Shown here in pieces: positions 60,323 to 64,000 of a DNA stretch of 64,000 bases. Numbering within the stretch: the stretch's first letter is position 1; the number at the start of each line of letters is the position of its first letter. Below the pieces are notes generated by a model, which saw only the letters and a program-made list of their open reading frames with translations, was not told the DNA's origin and ran no database searches. The position numbers and the translations under genes are program-made. Where the stretch lies: NCBI GenBank assembly GCA_963754925.1, contig CAVWHX010000003.1, forward strand, positions 160,001 through 224,000, given 5' to 3'. Origin of the DNA: an uncultured delta proteobacterium. GTDB lineage: Bacteria; Myxococcota; B64-G9.

Positions 60323-61621
60323 TCAGAAAAGTATTATGCCGTCTCGCGTTACCGGTTGAGACTCAAGAATGGCCCGGCGGTGAGCTTGAATGCGCTCATC
60401 CGAAAGGTGCGTAAGCTCCTGGTTAATGGCTGGGTTACTCGCCACAAGCTCCTGGAAGTCGCCTCGCGAGAAAAACAGGAACTCTCCACCGCGCACCGCG
60501 TGAACCGTCATGTTCTTTGCCGTAGCGTTGACCAACGACATCTCGCCAAAGATTGATCCCTCCGAGAGATGGGCGACCTGGGGAGTGCTTGAGCCATCGA
60601 GCTTAGACACCTCAACCTCGCCGTTGATGATCATGTACAGTCCGGGGCAGACAGAACCCTTGCGGACAATCACCTCATCGGTGGGGATCCCGACCGACGT
60701 AAAACGATCAATAATCGCCTGGCGTTCGGCGGCCGAAAACGGCGCGAACACCGGTGACGTCAAGAGCACGTGGTTGATGAAGCGTTGGCGGATGAACTTC
60801 GCCGTCGCCCAAGTGACATCGTCGATGTCCTCGGCCAGCGCATCGATGTCTTCGCGTCGCAGGTGCAGCACGTCGCTTTCGCGTCGCGCGACCGCCTGAA
60901 CCGATCGTGGCAAATCTGCAACCAACGCCATTTCACCAAAGACCGATCCAGCCCCCAGGCGGGCCAGAATCTTCTCCTCCGGGCCCTGGCGCACCTCCAC
61001 CTCGCCATGCACCAGCAGGCACAGCGAGGCGGCCGGCTCTCCTACCTGAATTATCGTCTCATCCGGCCGGTAGGTTTGAAGATCGAGAACCTCGATCATG
61101 GGATAGAACGCCTCGGTCGAAAGCAGCGAAAACAGGGGAAGCGGCGGGACCATCCGCGGATAGCGAACGTCGTCAAACGTCTTGGCGAGTTGGGTGGCGC
61201 TGACGAGGAGTTTTTCGCGGCCTACCATCGGACCGCTGATTACCCGCTCGCCGTTGAGCTCCGAAGGCGGTTTTAACGGTTGCTGCTGATCGACCCGCTG
61301 TGACTCGAGGCCATAAAATTCAGCCAATAGTTTGAGGGAACTTCCAAAGCCAGCCTGCAAGGAGCTCGCGCGCGTGGTGGCATCGAGCGCTATCAGCGGA
61401 TAGCCGGCCTTGACGCAATGCACGGCGAGGGCCTTATAGACCTCGAAGGCTCGGTTGTAGTTCTTAAGAGCTTCGAGCACCCGCGCCACGTGCAGGCGAC
61501 TCCAGAGGTGTTCGGTATCGTGTTGAACGACCGTCGCGAAACCGGCCAAGGCCGCCTCAAACGCACCCGATAACCGATCCTGTTCCGCCTGTTTGAAGAT
61601 TTCGATCAACTTCTTCGACAT
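60323..61621 (-). CDS. Cyclic nucleotide-binding protein (TPR-like N-terminus + two cNMP domains)
   Basis: VFGEMAL..PRS and IFGEMSL motifs. Confidence 0.85.
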   Translation of the reverse strand: MSKKLIEIFKQAEQDRLSGAFEAALAGFATVVQHDTEHLWSRLHVARVLEALKNYNRAFEVYKALAVHCVKAGYPLIALDATTRASSLQAGFGSSLKLLAEFYGLESQRVDQQQPLKPPSELNGERVISGPMVGREKLLVSATQLAKTFDDVRYPRMVPPLPLFSLLSTEAFYPMIEVLDLQTYRPDETIIQVGEPAASLCLLVHGEVEVRQGPEEKILARLGAGSVFGEMALVADLPRSVQAVARRESDVLHLRREDIDALAEDIDDVTWATAKFIRQRFINHVLLTSPVFAPFSAAERQAIIDRFTSVGIPTDEVIVRKGSVCPGLYMIINGEVEVSKLDGSSTPQVAHLSEGSIFGEMSLVNATAKNMTVHAVRGGEFLFFSRGDFQELVASNPAINQELTHLSDERIQAHRRAILESQPVTRDGIILF

Positions 61622-61824
61622 ACCACCCCTCTCCTTGATAGTTTATATACCATTTAAATAGGGAATACGAGCCCGCTTAGGTAATTTTGGTAACTAGAGA
61701 CATCAAGGAAATGGCGCACTTAAAATAACCGATCGAGTTTAATCGTTGCTGTGACTTAGCAAAGACCTCAAGGCTTGGCAAGAAAAAAAGTATTCAGTGC
61801 GGGTCTCATCGGTAGTCGAAAGCG

Positions 61825-63039
61825 CTACGGCATGGCGTCTGCCTGTTGTCGCACTAAATCGATGAGGTCGTAGAGCGGAATCTGATAGTCAACCAGGTGC
61901 AGCCCAAATCCGATGCTTTCTGCGTAGGTACTCTGGTACGGTGGTAGGCTGCGCTGATCGTTGGGGATAATTATATGAGAAACCACCAGTTGATTGTATG
62001 TGCCGTCCTCCGACTCAGTGCAGGCGCCCTGAAACGTATCGCGGTACAGAAGGAACGTCGTGGTGATATTTTCGGGGCTCGGCGTCGACGAGCCCAAGAG
62101 GGGTTTGAGCGTTTTTGTCGCAAGAAGAGTACCGCTGAAGGTGTCCGAGTTATGTGCAAGTTGTGCCGGATTGTTGCAGGCAGGCTCCAATGCTATTCCC
62201 GTTGGGGGGCTGGGGAACATTCCCCCGGTATCAATCACCGTGCCGAGGACCGCGCCATTATGTAACTTAGGATCCGAGGCTTCATATAAATTGTAGGTCA
62301 CGATACAACCCGTTTTCGCATCTTGGGTGCAGAGGGGTATATTCTGAAAGGTGCCGCCCGTGTTTTGACCCTTGGCAACGGTGACCCCGTCGCCGATAAC
62401 CAGCGCGGAGATCATCTGCGAGCGAATGTCGGCATTGTTGTCAATCATGTCCTGCATCATGAACTCTAACATGCCGCTGCCCTGCGAATGCCCCAACAGC
62501 ACAAACTTCCGTCCCTGGTTCAAATGGTCAAGGTAGTATTGGAATGCAGCCTTGATGTCAGCTTTGTTGATCTCATAGTTCCCTGAGCCGCCGGCAAGCA
62601 GCGCGACTTGGCGGTAGAGCGGCGCATACACCTGGCAGAGTTGTCTGAAGGGCGCGGCTTGACCAAAGAGAGGGTCTTCAATCGGCGTCACATCCGAAAA
62701 GTCAGTCATATTATAGGGAGGGGCAAGCAACAAAACGGTCGGATAAACATAGAAGCAGTCAAACGCGGGATTACCGGCTCGTTTAAGAGTGACGACCTGA
62801 CGGGATCCATCGCTCTGCATATCGGTGGCGTCGAGATCGACGCGGTCGCATTCGTTCGGATCGATGTCGGGGCGACAGATCCAAAGATTGGGATCGCTGT
62901 AATCGAGCGGATCGCTTCCCGTTCCAACATCCGTCAGATTTGTCCGGTCGATCTTGATTTTGTTATTTCCTCCGCATGCACCCACAAGCAGGCATAACGA
63001 GGCTAACAGGCAGGCGACCCGAGTTTGTATCATCGACAT
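61825..63039 (-). CDS. DUF3089-like alpha/beta hydrolase lipoprotein
   Basis: VGA-C lipobox, DCFYVYPT, APLYRQ, GHSQG, GLHLVD. Confidence 0.85.
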   Translation of the reverse strand: MSMIQTRVACLLASLCLLVGACGGNNKIKIDRTNLTDVGTGSDPLDYSDPNLWICRPDIDPNECDRVDLDATDMQSDGSRQVVTLKRAGNPAFDCFYVYPTVLLLAPPYNMTDFSDVTPIEDPLFGQAAPFRQLCQVYAPLYRQVALLAGGSGNYEINKADIKAAFQYYLDHLNQGRKFVLLGHSQGSGMLEFMMQDMIDNNADIRSQMISALVIGDGVTVAKGQNTGGTFQNIPLCTQDAKTGCIVTYNLYEASDPKLHNGAVLGTVIDTGGMFPSPPTGIALEPACNNPAQLAHNSDTFSGTLLATKTLKPLLGSSTPSPENITTTFLLYRDTFQGACTESEDGTYNQLVVSHIIIPNDQRSLPPYQSTYAESIGFGLHLVDYQIPLYDLIDLVRQQADAMP

Positions 63040-63451
63040 CTATTCCTTACTTTTGAAGCAACCGTTAAATCACGGCACCTGAACACTATAACTGTTAACT
63101 CTTTTGCGGTGATCATAATTCCATTTTTCATTCTTATTGTTAATAATGTCAAAGTAAATAACGAAATGGAATCGGAGCGGTCTAAGATCCGCCCAGATTT
63201 TCATAATTCCATACTATCATTGACTATGAAGCGAGTTAGGAGTTAGATAATGCCAGAGTTAGGGGGCGGCATGAAAAAGCATCCAGGAAAAAAGGGGAAT
63301 TTATTAACGCGAATAGTTAATATGTTCTGCGATACCGTGAACTTTTCTCGTATTTACGGATAATTGAATAGTTCGTTGAATTTCAAGTGGCTTTCATAAC
63401 ACGTTTGCTGTTGGTATGGTGCTGCCGTTGACATCCGCTGCGGGAGAACGT

Positions 63452-64000
63452 ATGGCGAAAAAAGCAAAAACCTCGCCGACGAAACTTTCAAAACGCAAGC
63501 GACTGAACCCGACGCCACACGAAATGGAACGGCAACTTTTTGAAACTCAGCGTCTTGCACATATCGGAAGCTGGAGCTGGACTGCCAAGACCAAGAAGAT
63601 TACATGGTCTGCTGAAACGTATTCTATTCATGGCCGCGACCCAGGACTTCCCCCGCCGACCTTCGAAGAACTGCCCTCCTTGATGACGCCGGAAAGTATG
63701 GATCGCCTGATTGAAGCGCATAAAAAAATTCTCGCAAGTGGAACGTCGATCGAATTCGACCTTGAGATACTCCATCCTGATGAACAGTTGCATTGGGTTT
63801 TAAACCACGTAGCGGCTGAAAGGAACAAATCCGGCAATGTGGTTCGTCTGTATGGCACGACGCAGGATATGACCGAACGCAAAAGGATGGAAGAAGCGCT
63901 GAGAAAGAGCGAATACGCGTTTCGAACCCTCTTTGAGGCAAACCCCATCGCTACCGGACTTCTACTGAATCGGAAGATCGTAAAGGTGAACCCGGCGATG
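63452..64000 (+). CDS. PAS-domain sensor protein (5' part, runs off window; not in the ORF track)
   Basis: Manual translation AHIGSWSW..WSAETYSIHG..GTTQDMTERKRMEEALRKSE; frame open to the window end. Confidence 0.88.
   Translation, partial: MAKKAKTSPTKLSKRKRLNPTPHEMERQLFETQRLAHIGSWSWTAKTKKITWSAETYSIHGRDPGLPPPTFEELPSLMTPESMDRLIEAHKKILASGTSIEFDLEILHPDEQLHWVLNHVAAERNKSGNVVRLYGTTQDMTERKRMEEALRKSEYAFRTLFEANPIATGLLLNRKIVKVNPAM

Overview
Chromosomal segment of a Gram-negative, Myxococcota/deltaproteobacterial-type organism. The assignment is inferred from a GltJ/AgmX-like gene, TIGR02265/DUF2378-like paralogs, sigma54 signalling and the LPS genes lptE and msbA. Bases ~1-37 kb and ~55-64 kb are mostly housekeeping: rimM-khpA-rpsP-ffh, mlaD/mlaF, thiC, tRNA-Thr and tRNA-Glu, mazG, rpsT, holA-lptE-leuS, cydAB, a divergent pckA, an acyl-CoA ligase, a two-component pair, msbA, rlmN, mtnP and gltJ. 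Bases ~37-55 kb are accessory. They hold an intact IS1182-family element and a ~7.5 kb array of short modules: three toxin-antitoxin pairs, two HEPN-type genes, a gene remnant and hypotheticals. Most module junctions carry one of two co-oriented repeat families, a ~57-bp element with 10-bp inverted ends (4 copies) or a GTAG-type REP (4 copies plus a half copy). No recombinase or RAYT gene is in the window. This repeat-delimited, integron-like cassette array is the best candidate for an undescribed system. Other oddities are four dispersed TIGR02265-like paralogs, a phased DnaA-box cluster with no dnaA nearby, a PEPCK with altered catalytic motifs, and a MinD/FlhG ATPase paired with an HPD-less J-domain/HTH protein. 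Five single-base frameshifts, one of them in rpsT, are probably assembly indel errors. All family calls come from motif recognition by eye; no database searches were run.
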